This document shows positions 36,013 through 50,100 of a DNA stretch of 64,000 nucleotides, in pieces. The stretch lies in assembly GCF_006345805.1 (NCBI RefSeq), contig NC_043011.1, positions 44,590,464 through 44,654,463 on the forward strand, in the 5' to 3' direction. The position numbers were made by a program, and so were the translations under genes. Source of the DNA: Octopus sinensis (lineage: Eukaryota). The notes beneath the pieces were generated by a model. It saw only the letters and a program-made list of their open reading frames with translations, was not told the DNA's origin and ran no database searches. Within the stretch, counting starts at the first letter, position 1. Every line of letters starts with the position of its first letter.

Positions 36013-36032
36013 AATATAGACAGATATATATA

Positions 36033-36297
36033 TATTAGAAGTTTTGGAGATGATGTACAGGTATTATATATTAGAAGAAATGAGGTACTCAGAAATCTGG
36101 ATGGTTTTATATTTACAGATATTTATTAGTATGTTACATGTTTTTATAAATCATATATCATATATTAGCGCTTTCGTCCACTCCAGTGGAGTCTTCAAAT
36201 TGAACTAACTTTTGCAGGAATTTTGACTCTTTTTATAGTATTATTGAGTGTGTAGAGGTGGGGAGAGCTACAAGATAGTACAAGAGGGTGAGGAATG

Positions 36298-36330
<33 letters not shown>

Positions 36331-36723
36331 TTGTGTGTTTGTATCTGAAAGCAGTGTTAAAGAAAAAGAGAAGGAAAGGAAGAAGGAGAGAAAGAAGAAA
36401 AAATTTGTTGATAATCTTTGCAGCTGGTCAGTCTTTCAATAGTAAGTAATTCTTGGCTTTTAGCAATGACAAACCCAGCTGGTCACTCCAGGGGAAGGGG
36501 AAAAATGTCACATGTTTGCCCCCCCACCCAAAAAAAAATTCCTGCAAAAGTTAGTTCAATTTGAAAACTCTACTAGAGTGGACGAAAACGCTAATATATG
36601 ATATATGATTTATAAAAACATGTAACATACTAATAAATATCTGTAAATATAAAACCATCCAGATTTCTGAGTACCTCATTTCTTCTAATATATAATACCT
36701 GAACATCATCTCCAAACCTTCTA

Positions 36724-36726
<3 letters not shown>
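36033..36726. mobile_element. Fold-back element with ~190-bp inverted arms and ~310-bp spacer (Penelope-like)
   Basis: 36033-36224 is the reverse complement of 36535-36726 with few mismatches. Each arm carries a TTGAARA...GAAA.CGCTA hammerhead-like motif. Confidence 0.85.
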
Positions 36727-36758
<32 letters not shown>

Positions 36759-37562
36759 AATATAGACAGATATATATATATAAAGAAAATAAGACAAGGT
36801 AGAAAATGCTAAAATAATTTTATCATGAAGAACATTTTAGTACCGGTTTCAGTCATTGCAACTTTTTCGTAGCTTGCTAACCAACCACACGGTTGCGGGT
36901 TCAGTCCCACTGCGTGGCATCTTGGGCAAGTGTCTTCTGCTATAGCCCCGGGCTGACAAATGCCTTGTGAGTGGATTTGGTAGACGGAAACTGAAAGAAG
37001 CCTGTCGTATATATGTATATATATATATATGTGTGTGTGTGTGTTTGTATGTCTGTGTTTATCCCCCTAGCATTGCTTGACAACCGATGCTGGTGTGTTT
37101 ACGTCCCGGTCACTTAGCGGTTCGGCAAAAGAGACCGATAGAATAAGTACTGGGCTTACAAAGAATAAGTCCCGGGGTCGATTTGCTCGACTAAAGGCGG
37201 TGCTCCAGCATGGCTGCAGTCAAATGACTGAAACAAGTAAAAGAGTATTACTTTTTAAAGCCTGGTGCTTATTATATCAATCTCCTTTGCCAAACTGCCA
37301 AGTTACAGGGATGTAAACAAACCAACACTGGTTGTCAAGCAGTGGTGGGACAGACACAGACACAAACATCACACACACATACAATAGGTTTCTTTCAGTT
37401 TCCATCTACCAAAATTCACTCACAAGGCTTCGGTAAACTCCAAGCATGACACCTCGGCGAAATGTTTGCCAAGGTACCATCCAGCGAGACTGAACCCGAA
37501 ACCATAAGGTTGGGAAGCAAACTTCTTACTACACAGCCATGCCTGCACCTACATGTATATGT

Positions 37563-37616
<54 letters not shown>

Positions 37617-37784
37617 TAGAGAGCGTGGGTGTGTAGCAGTAAGTATATGAATGTGAATATAGATGCGGTGGTGGTGAGAGGGGAGAAGGAAGCAAATGTG
37701 CTTGTGTGAGTGAAGGTGTGTGTATGAATGGATGAGGGTGTGTAGTGTGAGTATATGTGCTTGTGTGGAAAGCATCAGTATTAA

Positions 37785-37829
<45 letters not shown>

Positions 37830-37875
37830 TGTGTGTAAATGAAAGTACATTTTTGTGTGTATGTGCATGAGTGAC

Positions 37876-37906
<31 letters not shown>

Positions 37907-38117
37907 ATGTATGTATTTATTTTGTCAATGTGGAAGTACAAAGATGACAAAAAAGGAAGTATGGGTAGGGCGAGAAAGAGAGCAAGGTAATTAAACGATG
38001 GTAATTAAACTGGTAATTAAATATTGGTGAAAGGAAAAAGGATAAATATAATCCAGATTTACTTTTCGTCAACTATGACATTATAAGAGATAGAGAGAGG
38101 GGGAGGAAGAATATGCA

Positions 38118-38153
<36 letters not shown>

Positions 38154-39289
38154 TAAGTGTGATACACATGAAGGGAAGTGCATATGAGTGTGAAAGAAAG
38201 AGAGCAATAGTGCATATGAAAGTGAGAAAGAGAGAAGAGAGAGAGAGAAAGAGAGAGAGAGAAAGAGAGAGAGAGAGAGGGACGTGTGAATATCTAGAAA
38301 GGCTAATAGAGTGGGAGGAAACGTTTTCAAAGAGAGTGGGAGAAGGCATGTGTATGTGAGAAAGGAAGTGAGAGTACATATGAGAAACGAGTGGGAGAGT
38401 GTCTCTTGTGAGAGCTGGAGAAACAGACTCACTCACACACACAGACAGACAGACACTCACACATATACACACATACACAGACAGACACACCAGCTGGAGA
38501 TTATGTTAGACATATTTATTCAGATGAGAGACACAAAGAGTCACAGAAGGAGGAGTAATGGGAAGAGGAGGTAATTTATTTAATCAGCCACCTCCACCCC
38601 TGCACCCTACGTACCGGCACCCCTTTATCTCAGGATAAAAAGTACAAAGTCCTGGACCTGCAACCATCAACCATACTATGGTACAAACAATAAGTACCAG
38701 ATACATATTGGAGGATTCCAGAACACATAAACACACACACACTGCCCTCCATAATTCTTCTTTCTTTTGTCAGACACAAGCCCTGAAATTCGGTGGGGTG
38801 GAGATAGTTGATTTACATCAAGTGCAATGCTTGATTGGTACTTACTTTATTGACCAACAAAAGGGATAAAAAAAAAAGGGGGTAAAGAATACCACAGTGA
38901 AATTTTGAACTTGGAACGTAAAGCCCAAAGAAACTTCGTTAAACAGTCCTACCATTTCATTGCCTCTTGCCCTTAATAATGATAAATACCAAGTGAAGCA
39001 TAAAAGAGGGAACAATCAATTAAAGTGACAAAGAATTTACTAAAATAACTTCATTGTCATTCAGCTAGTGTTAGGAACATAAATTGTGACTAAGGTTTGG
39101 TGGAAGATTTTAAGAAGATTTTAATTCAAAATTTATGAAAACAAGACATTTGTACTCAGAGCCAGAGCTGGTTTCAGCCGAGTTGGTAACAAAAGGGTTA
39201 ATTCATAGAACTGTTTGATCTAGGGGAATCTTAGGGTGTTCAACCTAGGGTTAGATAACGAGAATTAAATTTTCTTCTTGTGTTTCATT

Positions 39290-39690
39290 CTGTGTACTAT
39301 GCATATAAATTGTGCATGATGATTTCCGGGAGTGAAACATGGGCTCTCAACACTACCATCATGAATGCCCTCATTGTAGCCCAACATAAAATGGAATGAA
39401 CCATGTTTGGCATCAAATTGCAGGACAAGAAAACCAATGCCTGGATTTGAAAGCACATGAAAGTCAACATAAGAATCATGAAGGAGAACAAATACAGATG
39501 GTCTGGCCACATTGTGCAACTGAAGGACAACGGATGGACCATCAGGGTGACAGAATGGAGACTAAGACAATAGACAAAACCAAGAGGTTGACCAAAGACA
39601 GCTATTTGGAGCGTATATGGCCACAACTGGCCATAGATAGACAGCAGTGGAAGGAGTCCAAGGACAAGTTCCTCCTTCAAGAGTGAAGTC
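39290..39690 (+). mobile_element. Decayed RTE-1-like LINE 3' fragment
   Basis: SGSETWALN...VAQHKME*TMFGIKLQDKKTNAWI...KYRWSGHIVQLKDNGWTIRVTEWR. Confidence 0.8.
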
Positions 39691-39847
39691 CTGGACATTG
39701 GATATTGGACAATGCATGTAATTTTGGTTTTCATTTGTCTTTCTTTACTTGCTCCTTCCCCTCTGCCCTTTTATTACTTTCCAACAAATCGCAGAGCACC
39801 TGAACTCTATATATATTATCATATATATTATTATTAAGGTTACAAGC

Positions 39848-40435
39848 AAAGGTGGCAAACTGGCAGAATCATTAGCACACCAGGTGAAATGCTAAGCGGT
39901 ATTTTGTCTGTCTTTACGTTCAGAGTTCAAATTCCGCTGAGGTCGACTTTGCCTTTCATCCTTTCAGGGTCGATAAATTAAGTACCAGTTGTGTACTGAG
40001 GTCGATCTAATCGACTGGCCCCTCCCCCTAAATTTCAGACCTTGTGCCTATAGTAGAAAGGATTATTATTATTATTATTAAGGCGGTGAGCTGGCAGAAT
40101 CGATATGCCACAGAGTTGAAATGCTACAGAGTTCAACTTTCAATCCTTTAGGGGTCGACAAATTAAGTACCAGCTGAGCAGTTGAGTTCATGTAATCAAC
40201 TACCCCTCCACCACCATCACCACCACCACCCCCACAAAATTTCAAGCCTTGTGCCAACAATAGAAATTATTCTCTTTATGTTCTGAGATCAAATTCTGCT
40301 GAGGTTGAATTTGCCTTTCATTCTTTCAAGGTTGATAAATTAAGTACCATTCAAGGACTGGGAGTTGATAAAATTGACCAACACCCATCCCACAAAATTT
40401 CAGGACATATGCCTACAGTAGAAAGGAGGAGGAGG

Positions 40436-40479
<44 letters not shown>

Positions 40480-40685
40480 GGTGGCGAGCTGGCAGAATCA
40501 ACAGCTTGCTGGATGAAATGCTTAGCGGAATTTTGCCCATTGTCATGTACTGAGTTCAAATTCCGCAAGGTCAGGTTCGCCTTTCATCCTTTTGGGGTTG
40601 ACAAAATAAGTACCAGTCAATTAATGGGGTCGATGTACTCGACTTATTCCCTCTCCCATTATGGCTGCCCTTGTGGCAAAATTTG
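39848..40685 (+). mobile_element. Cluster of about four same-orientation SINE B copies separated by (ATT)n
   Basis: Repeated heads at about 39848, 40080 and 40478, and central domains at about 39950, 40140, 40315 and 40580. Confidence 0.8.
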
Positions 40686-41502
40686 AATCCATTATTATTA
40701 TTATTATTATTGCTATTATCATTATCATTATTATAAACAATTTTTACACATTTGTATTGACATAATTTTTCTAATCCTGCTAACATAGTTTTAATACACT
40801 ATTTCTACACACACCCACACTCACACTCACATATGCACATACCTTCCCCCACACACACACACCAATTTTATACAGTATGCTTTTTTCACACATAAAGAAT
40901 TTTTATACACACCTTTTGTACACAATACACAAATCACATACATGCTTAGCTCATATACACATTTTCTTTATCCTTTTTCTTACGTACAGAGTATTAAGCA
41001 GTCACAATCATTTCCAATACACACACCTGTCACACACATACACACACACAAACATATATACACACACTTTTTTCTACACAATTTTTTAAAAATACATTTT
41101 AGAAAATCTCTAAACATTTGCTTTTCTTAATCAAAAACAAAACAAAGAAATAAAGTCTTCTGAAAACGAAGTTATTTGTGTATATCAAACTAATTTTTAC
41201 CTAACAACAGATCAATGTGGAGGAAGTGACACAAGGAGGGGTGGCAGTAGTGGAAGTGGTGATGGTGATGGTGTCGGTGGTGGCGGTGGTGGTGACAGTG
41301 ACGACACATGGTGGGGATGGGGGTGGTGATGACGCATAGGTGGGTAGGGGGTGCTGAACTGAATAAAAAGACTGAAGTTTGAAAAAGCCACATTATCTAA
41401 TCTAGGTTATATATCTTCTTTTGTCCCAATGTTTATATATATATATATATAAGTATACAAATATATGTTTATATATATATATATATATAAGTATACAAAT
41501 AT

Positions 41503-41534
<32 letters not shown>

Positions 41535-41543
41535 AGTATACAA

Positions 41544-41574
<31 letters not shown>

Positions 41575-41608
41575 CATACATATACACATTATATACATAC
41601 ATATTCAC

Positions 41609-41649
<41 letters not shown>

Positions 41650-42664
41650 ACAGGTGTCAATAGATGAGATAGAGTAATACATTTATATACTTCAATAGAT
41701 AGCTGTGTGTGTGTGTGATTATACATACTTAAACGTGTAGATATATATGGAAACAGACTCATACAAATGTACATCTACCTATACATAACTACACTATATA
41801 CATACATATATACATACATATACACATTATATACATACATATTCACATTATATATATATATCCTGTGCTAGCATGGAAGGCAGATGCTAAATGATGAGGA
41901 TTATACACACACATATATGCACATAGTAATTTACATAAGTACATAAATCATTATCACCATGAGATGAACATTAAATAAAGATATATGTATACATACGCAC
42001 ATGCTCACAAAGAAAAGCTAGCGGTAGAAGGTGGAGTGGAGAACCTTGATGCAGACAGTGATTGAGAACGGTGGGGTGGGGTAATTAGGTATTGACACAA
42101 TAATAGCGTAAATGTTACACGTAAGCCTCGCCCCTGGGGGAAGATGTTCTTTAAGGAATTTAGCTCCATTGGTGAGGGTGAGGGTGGGGAGTTAGCTATT
42201 GTTTCATGGTGTCAAGAGATTACTTCAGAAATATTTTACTGGATTGTGGTCAGGTGTAGATGTGGTTGTGCGGTTGAGAAGCTTGCTTGCCAACCATGTG
42301 GACTTGGGTTCAGTTCCACTGCGTGGCACCTTGGGCAAGTGTCTTTCACTATAGCCTCAGCCTGACCGATGCTTTTGTGAGTGGATTTGGTTGAAGGAAA
42401 CTGAAAGAAGCTCATTTTATATTTATATAATATATATATATATATATTCTATTATTCTTTCATTCTTTTACTTGTTTCAGTCGTTTGACTGCGGCCATGC
42501 TGGAGCACTGTCTGTAGTAGAACAAATTGACCCCAGGACTTATTTTTTGTAAGCCTAAAACTTATTCTATCAGTATCTATTACTAAACTGCTAAGTTACG
42601 GGGACGTAAACACACCAACATCAGTTGTCAGACAATGGTGGGCAAGACAAACACAGACACACAA

Positions 42665-42695
<31 letters not shown>

Positions 42696-43528
42696 CACAT
42701 ACACACGCGCACGCGTGTGTATATGCGCATTTTTGTGTTTGTCTTCACAACCACTCAACAACCAGTGTTGGTATGTTTACATCCCTGTAACTTAGCAGTT
42801 TGGCAATAGGGACTGATAGAATAAGCAACAGGCTTAAAAAGTAAAATAAATACCAGGTTAATCTATTCGACTGAGCTATTCAAAGAGTTGCTCCAATATG
42901 GCCACAGTCCAATGACTGAAACAAGTAAAAGATAAAAAGATGTAGAATATAAAGATGAGAGATTACATTTTCCTGGATAGGTGCTAGTCTATCACACAGG
43001 TAACACTCACTGATTTGGAGGAACTAATTAACCAACGAGAATTGTTAGACGGATTTACAAAGGTAGAGTATACAACACTGTCCCAGAGACATGTGCTTAG
43101 CGGTCACTGGTAAGCGAGTGTGACCGAGTAGCTTGGACAACACATTTTCTGGTGGTTTTAGGAGTCTTGTGTTATTATGAGCAAATGACGAGAAAGTGAG
43201 AAAGAGCATGTTAGAGAGAGAGAGTGAGAGTGTGTGTGTGTGAGGGAGAGAGTGTGTGTGAGAGAGAGAGCATGTGTTGTGTCAGAGAGAGAGAGAGTGA
43301 GAGTGAGAGAGCATGTGACAGAGTGTGTGTGTGTGAGAGAGTGAGAGAGAGAGAAAGGGAGAGAGAGAGAGAGTGTGTGTTATGAGAAAAGGAGTATGTA
43401 AGAGTGTCAGAATGTAAGAGAGAGAGAGAGAGAGAGAATGTGATAGAGAAAGAGAATGTGAGAGAGAGCTCAAGAGAATATGAGAGAGAATGTGTGTGAG
43501 AGAGAGTAAATGTGTGTGCAAAATAGAT

Positions 43529-43569
<41 letters not shown>

Positions 43570-43625
43570 ACGTATGTCTGTGTGTGTGTGTGTGTGGTGT
43601 GAGAGAGAGAGAGAGTGTGTATGTC

Positions 43626-43687
<62 letters not shown>

Positions 43688-44189
43688 AAGCGAGGTTGAG
43701 AGACACAGAGAGAAAGAAACAGAGAAATGGGTGTGAGACCAACTTACAAAAACCATATATTTTTTATGATTGCTGTCTCTTTATATATATATATATATAT
43801 ATATATCTCCCCCACCCCTCTCTCTCTACCTCTCTTTCTCTCTATTTCAGAGTCCCAAACTCCTAGGTTCAAATCATACACTGTGTGGTTATGTCTCCAT
43901 AACTTAGCAGTTCAGCAAAAGAGACCGACAGAATAAGTACTAGCTAGGCTTACAGAGAATGACTCCTGTCTGACTAAAGGCAGTGCTCCAGTATGGCCGC
44001 AGTCAAATGACTGAAACAAATAAAAGAATAAAAGAATAAAAGCAGACGTGTTATGTTGGAAACTAAGACAATATGATAGTTGCATCCCCATGTGATTTCT
44101 TTCTTTTCATCTGTTTTTTTTTTTCTGGAAAAAAAGAAAAAACCAACCAACCAAGCCCCAATTCTCAGAAATTTATTGCATACACACAC

Positions 44190-44227
<38 letters not shown>

Positions 44228-44404
44228 ACATATGCCTCAATGTGATTGTGTAATACCAATTTGTCTTACATACAATGATTTTATGTGGGTGTGTATGTGT
44301 GAGTGTGTGTGTGGGGGGCATGGTCATGTGTGAATGTGTCTTTGATTCGAGAAGTAGAAGCACAGAACTCAATCTTTTGTGACTCAAGAGCATAGAATTT
44401 CATT

Positions 44405-44443
<39 letters not shown>

Positions 44444-46087
44444 ATGTGTGTGTGTGTGTGCGCGTGTGTGTGTGTGTGTTACAAAGTGCTTTTTTTTCTT
44501 TCTTTTTCTGCCCTGTATGTTAAGAATTTACCTTTGCAATATACAACACTTGCCAAACAAGTGTGTATAATGGTGATATAAAAGGAAATGAGATACATGT
44601 ATAGATGCAGGGCGGGGGGGGACGTGTGTATGTGTATAATTTCAAAGAATGAGAACTCACTACAAAAGAAAATGTAGTCAAAGGTATTTTATTCGAAAGC
44701 TGGATTGACCATTGATGACATTGCAATTGTTAGTTTCACCTTTTCTTTAAAAAAAACAGTGATGGTTGTGTTTATGCCCCCATAACTTAGTGGTTCGGCA
44801 AAATAGACTAATAGAATAATTACCAGGCTTAACAACACATAAGTTCCACTGGAATCAGTGCATTTGACTACAATTTTTTCAGCATGGAACACACACACAG
44901 ATAGACAAACAGACAGACCAATAACTAATTCATTTGCACAAATTTTTTTGTCATACTTGTGTGGGTTGACTAGGTTTACAATACAATACTCTACAGGGTA
45001 TCTCTTAAACAAACAGAAAAATAAAGTTGACTATATGAAACACTACATTTATGGACCATGTCCATGTCCTTTTTGTTGGACTGATAAACACACTGAAGAG
45101 AGCAGCTAAATCATGTCCCTCAACTTTCACACAACTATCTTAAAAGAAAAGACACACAGATTATTATTATCCAAGATAGACAATGCTTATGGGTACATCT
45201 GAAAATACCTTTGATTATAGTTCTACAACCATCAACTGCATATCTGATATAGGTCTGCTGGACCAGATCTATCTTGTGAGGATGGGGGGAGTGGTCAACA
45301 CAACAGATGGGTACAAACCAACTTTAACTCCACACCTTGGTCACTTCTAGCCCCAGCTCTCTCATATATCAAGACCATCGTTGTTGCCGACATCATCATC
45401 ACTGCCTCTTATAAAGAGCACCCTGTCAATACAGTTTGTTTGCAGTGGTTGCTGATAGGAAGAGCATCCAGCCGTAGAAACCAAGGGCAGGACATGATGC
45501 TCCAGCTCATGAAGGAGGAGGAGGAGGAGGGAAAGTGATAGAACTGAGTCAAACATTGTTGACCTGCCTAACCCATCCCAGTAAAGAAACTGAACACTAA
45601 AGGATAATAAATAATATATATATATATTATATATATATAAACACACACACATATATATATATGATGGACTTCTTTTAGTTTCCGACAACCAAATCCACTC
45701 ACAGGGCTTCAGTTAGCCAGAGGCCATAGTAGAAGACACTTACCCAAGGTGCCACGCAGTGGGACTGAACCCAGAACTATGTGGTTGATAAGCAAGCCAC
45801 TTACCACACAGCCACTTCTGCGCCTAGAGCAAATATATAGACACACATACACACACATGAATGCATGCAAGCATATATATATATATATATATATTATATA
45901 ATATGCACATATATACACATATAATACACACACACACATACAATACACACCATCATCATCATCATCATTTAACATCCATTTTCTATGTTCACATGGCTTA
46001 GATGGTTTGACTGGAACTGATAAGCAAGAAGGCTGCACCAGGTCTCAGTCTGATACATTTATAATATATATACATACATAGACATAT

Positions 46088-46123
<36 letters not shown>

Positions 46124-46239
46124 ATATATTATATCTATACATATATATATATATATACACACACAACACATATATATAATATGCATATGTATATTTTATA
46201 TATATATATAATATATAATATATATTATATATATATATT

Positions 46240-47502
46240 ATGTCATCCCATAATAATGCTATCTTTTTATACTTTTATTTTTCAAAATTAAGATAAAGTT
46301 CTTTTTTATCTAAAATACACTCTCGTTCATTTTCTATAATGCTCTTCCATCTATCTGGTAGACATGCAAGGTCCCACTTCTAAAATTCACTTGTCTGTGA
46401 TGAAAAATACTCTTCCAGATCTGTGCTGACCTCGTCTACAGAATTCACATTTTACCATCCAAATGATTTTGAAAACTGTGAAATAAATGATAATCAGATG
46501 GACACTGTCCAGCAAATATGGTAGATTTCCCATTCAAACTGCTCCAGCTTTTGGAATGTCATCTTTGCCATATGTGACCGAGCATTATCCTGATGGAAGA
46601 ACACCTTTCGTCTTGAAACCAAAGATGGTCATTCTTCTTCTAGCACTGACTTAAGCTGCAAGCTGCTCACAACAGATCTTATTTGTTATCATTTGGTTTG
46701 GGTTTAAATGTTCAAAGTGGACTAAACTTTTCATATCCCACCAAACAGATAACAACACCTTACGTGGGTGACAACCTTCTTTAGCCTAGAGTGCCAGTGT
46801 TTCTCTTTCCTCTACCTACTGTCTTATGCGCTTGACATTTTTATAGAGAATCCATTTCTCGTCACCAATCACTATTTGGTCCAAAAAAAGTTCATTCATG
46901 AGACGTGACAGCAAAGAAGAGCACACATTTAATCACTGCGCATGATTAGACTAGGAAAATTTGTGAGGAACCCACTGACCCAATTTGCTGACTTTTCTGA
47001 TGGCATGCAGGTGTCGAAGAATGGTTGAATGACCAAATCCAAGCTTCTCTACTAGTTCCTTAACAGTTATGATTGAATTTTGTTCCACCAGGGTTTGCAG
47101 GACATCCTCAAGCCCTACAGATCTTGCAAGACGAGGCTCATCTTCTAGGCTGTAGTTTCCGGCTCTGAATCTCTGTAACCCCCATTGACACCATATTACG
47201 CTTATTGTCCAATCCCCATATACTGCATTAATATTCTTCGCATTTTCCATTGTGTTGTTGTCTTTATTGAACTCATAAAGCAAAATATGCCGAATATGCT
47301 TCTTTGTCATTTCCATTATAGCTTTGAAAAAATAACTGTTAAAATCGAACTGCACTCTTCACAACTTGCACTAAGAATAAGGACAAGGTAAAATTACTAC
47401 CTGCTTTTATAGCAAGTTGATGCAGGTAGTTTATCCAATCCCCCTCCGACTTTTAGTTCATGCAATTGAAAAAAAATCACATTATTTATGGAATGACCCA
47501 AT
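46240..47502 (-). mobile_element. Full-length decayed mariner (~1.26 kb)
   Basis: TIRs gtcatcccataataatgc / cacattatttatggaatgac in TA context. Transposase KHIRHILLYEF...RFRAGNYSLEDEPR...KLGQWVPH, DEKWI and HQDNARSH, with frameshifts. Confidence 0.9.
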
Positions 47503-48006
47503 ATATATATTTATTGACATAAATTAACATAATATATAAATTAGCTTTTATAACACAGTACACAAAGAAACACTTGTAAATTGTAGGTGAAAGTAACCAG
47601 TGGTGGTAGTAGTGGGGACAGCAGCGATGGTGGTGGTGGTGGTGGTGTGATGGTTACAACAGTGATGTAGTGCAGCTCATGGTAATGTGGAGGTAGTGAT
47701 GGTTACAGTTGTAGTATATAGATAGTAGTGAGGACAGCAATTACTACTACTGCTACCACTACTACTACTACTATTACTACTGTCTCTGCTGCTGCTGCTG
47801 CTGAGTGGGTGGTGGTCATCGTGGTTGTAATAATGGTGTGGTGAATCATGTCATGGTGCAGTATCGTTTGTGATGGTGTGGTAATGGCTATTGTAGCTTT
47901 GGTGATGGTGGTATGACATTGTTTTTAATTGTAGTAGTAGTAGCAGCAGCAGCAGTAGTAATAGTAGCAGCATTAGTAGCTGTAGTAGTAGCAGAAGCAG
48001 TAGTAA

Positions 48007-48051
<45 letters not shown>

Positions 48052-49339
48052 CAGCAGCAGCAGAGACAGTAGTAATAGTAGTAGTGGTAGCAGTAGTAGT
48101 AATTGCTCTCCTCACTACTATCTATTTACTACAACCGTAACCATCACTACTGCCTATACTACAACCACAACCAGCACTATTGCCTATATTACTACAACCA
48201 TACCAGCACTACTGCCTATACTACAACCATAATTATCACTACTACCTATACACCACCACTACTAGCATCACCACAACTACACCCCATACCACTACCACCA
48301 ACACCAGTACTACCTCTAAAATCAACACCACCACCACTACTACTACTACCAACACCACCACAATTAATGACTCAGAGCCTATTCATGATATCTTGCAAAT
48401 TTTATTGCCGCCAAAAATTTCATTTCCATTGACACAATTTTCTCTTTCTCCTCTCTCTCACTCTCTCTCTACAGGGTATACTACCACCATCACCACACTG
48501 CGAGTATACCACCACTACTAATACCGTTGCTACCCACACTATCCCCACTAATGCACACCGTTACCACCTCCACCACCATCAACATCATCAGTGCCACCGC
48601 CTTCATCACTACCATCATCAACACCACCATCAACATTTCCATCACCATCACCATGAAAACCACCACCACCACCACCACCACCACCATCACCACTGTAGAC
48701 AACCCATCCTCAAACGATCATCTCAGCCACCGCCCTATGTCGTACAAAATTATTGCATTTCCTGTGTATTGCTCTTGCTGTTGGTGTTGCTGTTGGAATT
48801 GTTCAAATTGTTATAGTTGTTGTTGCTGTTGCTGTTGTAATTACCATAGTTGTTTTTCTGCATGTTTCTCTGCCAAGCCACCCTCGCCCATCCTGACAGC
48901 TGCCACAATATGTTTACTGTCCAATTATAAATACAATGAACTAACACATTTTTCTTTTTTATTTTCTCAAAAGTCCTGCAGCTAATGTTGAATTTTTCCA
49001 TGATGCATAATTAATTAGCTCTAATTAGCTTTCTTATGCTAACAACATGTTAACGATAACTCAGTTATTGTTCTGAAGTACAGATAGCAACTCTGAGTAA
49101 TTTCTATCACTGATTTGCGTTGGACATGACTGAGAAGATTAAGGAAAGACACCTTCCTCTTCTGTCAAAGCCTCATTGACCTTTTTTTTTAAGTTCCACT
49201 TGGAAAATAAAGCGAGGGTGGCAAGAAAAGTTCTCTCTCTCCCAGTGAATTTGTAAAAAGGTAGGTGATAGTGGCAAAAATGATTAAGATGAATGAACAT
49301 ACTCCCAGCATGCCCCATGCAAGTGGAAAATAACAGCTG

Positions 49340-50100
49340 GATAAAAGCTCGTGGAGCTGGCACAGTGGAACTTAACAAAAAGCAAAAGGTGTTCCAGCAA
49401 AGATGCTTGAGAAGTGTTCTGAGAATATAGTTAGTTAGTTTGTTCCTTCTCAAGCCATTCCTGGCTCATAAGGGCCAGTTTCCTGGTTTCCGTGGTGTAT
49501 AGGTTCCCCACCTGGACGGGACGCCAGTCCGTCGCAGGTGAGCTGCAAGATGCAGGAGGAAAGAGTGAGAGAAAGTTGTGGCGAGAGTGTCAGCAGAAGT
49601 TTACCATTATCTTCTACTGGAGCCGTGTGGAGCTTAGGGGTTTCGCTCATAAACACAAACATCGCCTGGTCTGAGATTTCAACCCGTGATCCCTCGACCG
49701 CAAGTCTGCTGCTCTAACTAGTAGGCATGTGCCTCCACCTTTCTGAGAATATACTGGTGGTAAGAGTATATAACCAATGAAAATATCATTCTAAAGACAG
49801 CCAACACAAAACTACTTGATGAAGTCATCACAGAATGAAGATTAAAACTAGCAGGTCACATACTCCAGCTATCAGAACAATGCCATTCTAATACAGCTTT
49901 TAAACAGACACCACTAAAGAGAAAAAGAAAGAGTCAGGCCACCACTTGGCACAGAAGATTCATAACAGTTGTGAGAAAGGCCATTACATGGCTAGATGCA
50001 GAGAAAACCTGCAGCTAACAGAAACCAGTATTGGTCAACTTGCTGCCCTGTATACTGGAGAGCACAAAAGAAACTGAGACTGAAGTGAGCCTGTTGATGA
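49340..50100 (+). mobile_element. Old RTE-type LINE 3' fragment split by a SINE
   Basis: KVFQQRCLRSVLRI | ITNENII...RLKLAGHILQL...TWLDAEK. Confidence 0.65.
49430..49740 (-). mobile_element. SINE with family-C head and V-domain-like body, with 13-bp TSD
   Basis: TTCTGAGAATATA is duplicated at 49417-49429 and 49741-49753. The body contains cctgcgacggactggcgtcccgtccagg and ends in a (TAAC)n tail. Confidence 0.85.

Noticed and set aside
46951-47355. Domesticated or active mariner transposase (134-aa ORF)
   Set aside because: The frame stops after WVPHKFS and the downstream catalytic region is frameshifted, so this is a decayed copy.
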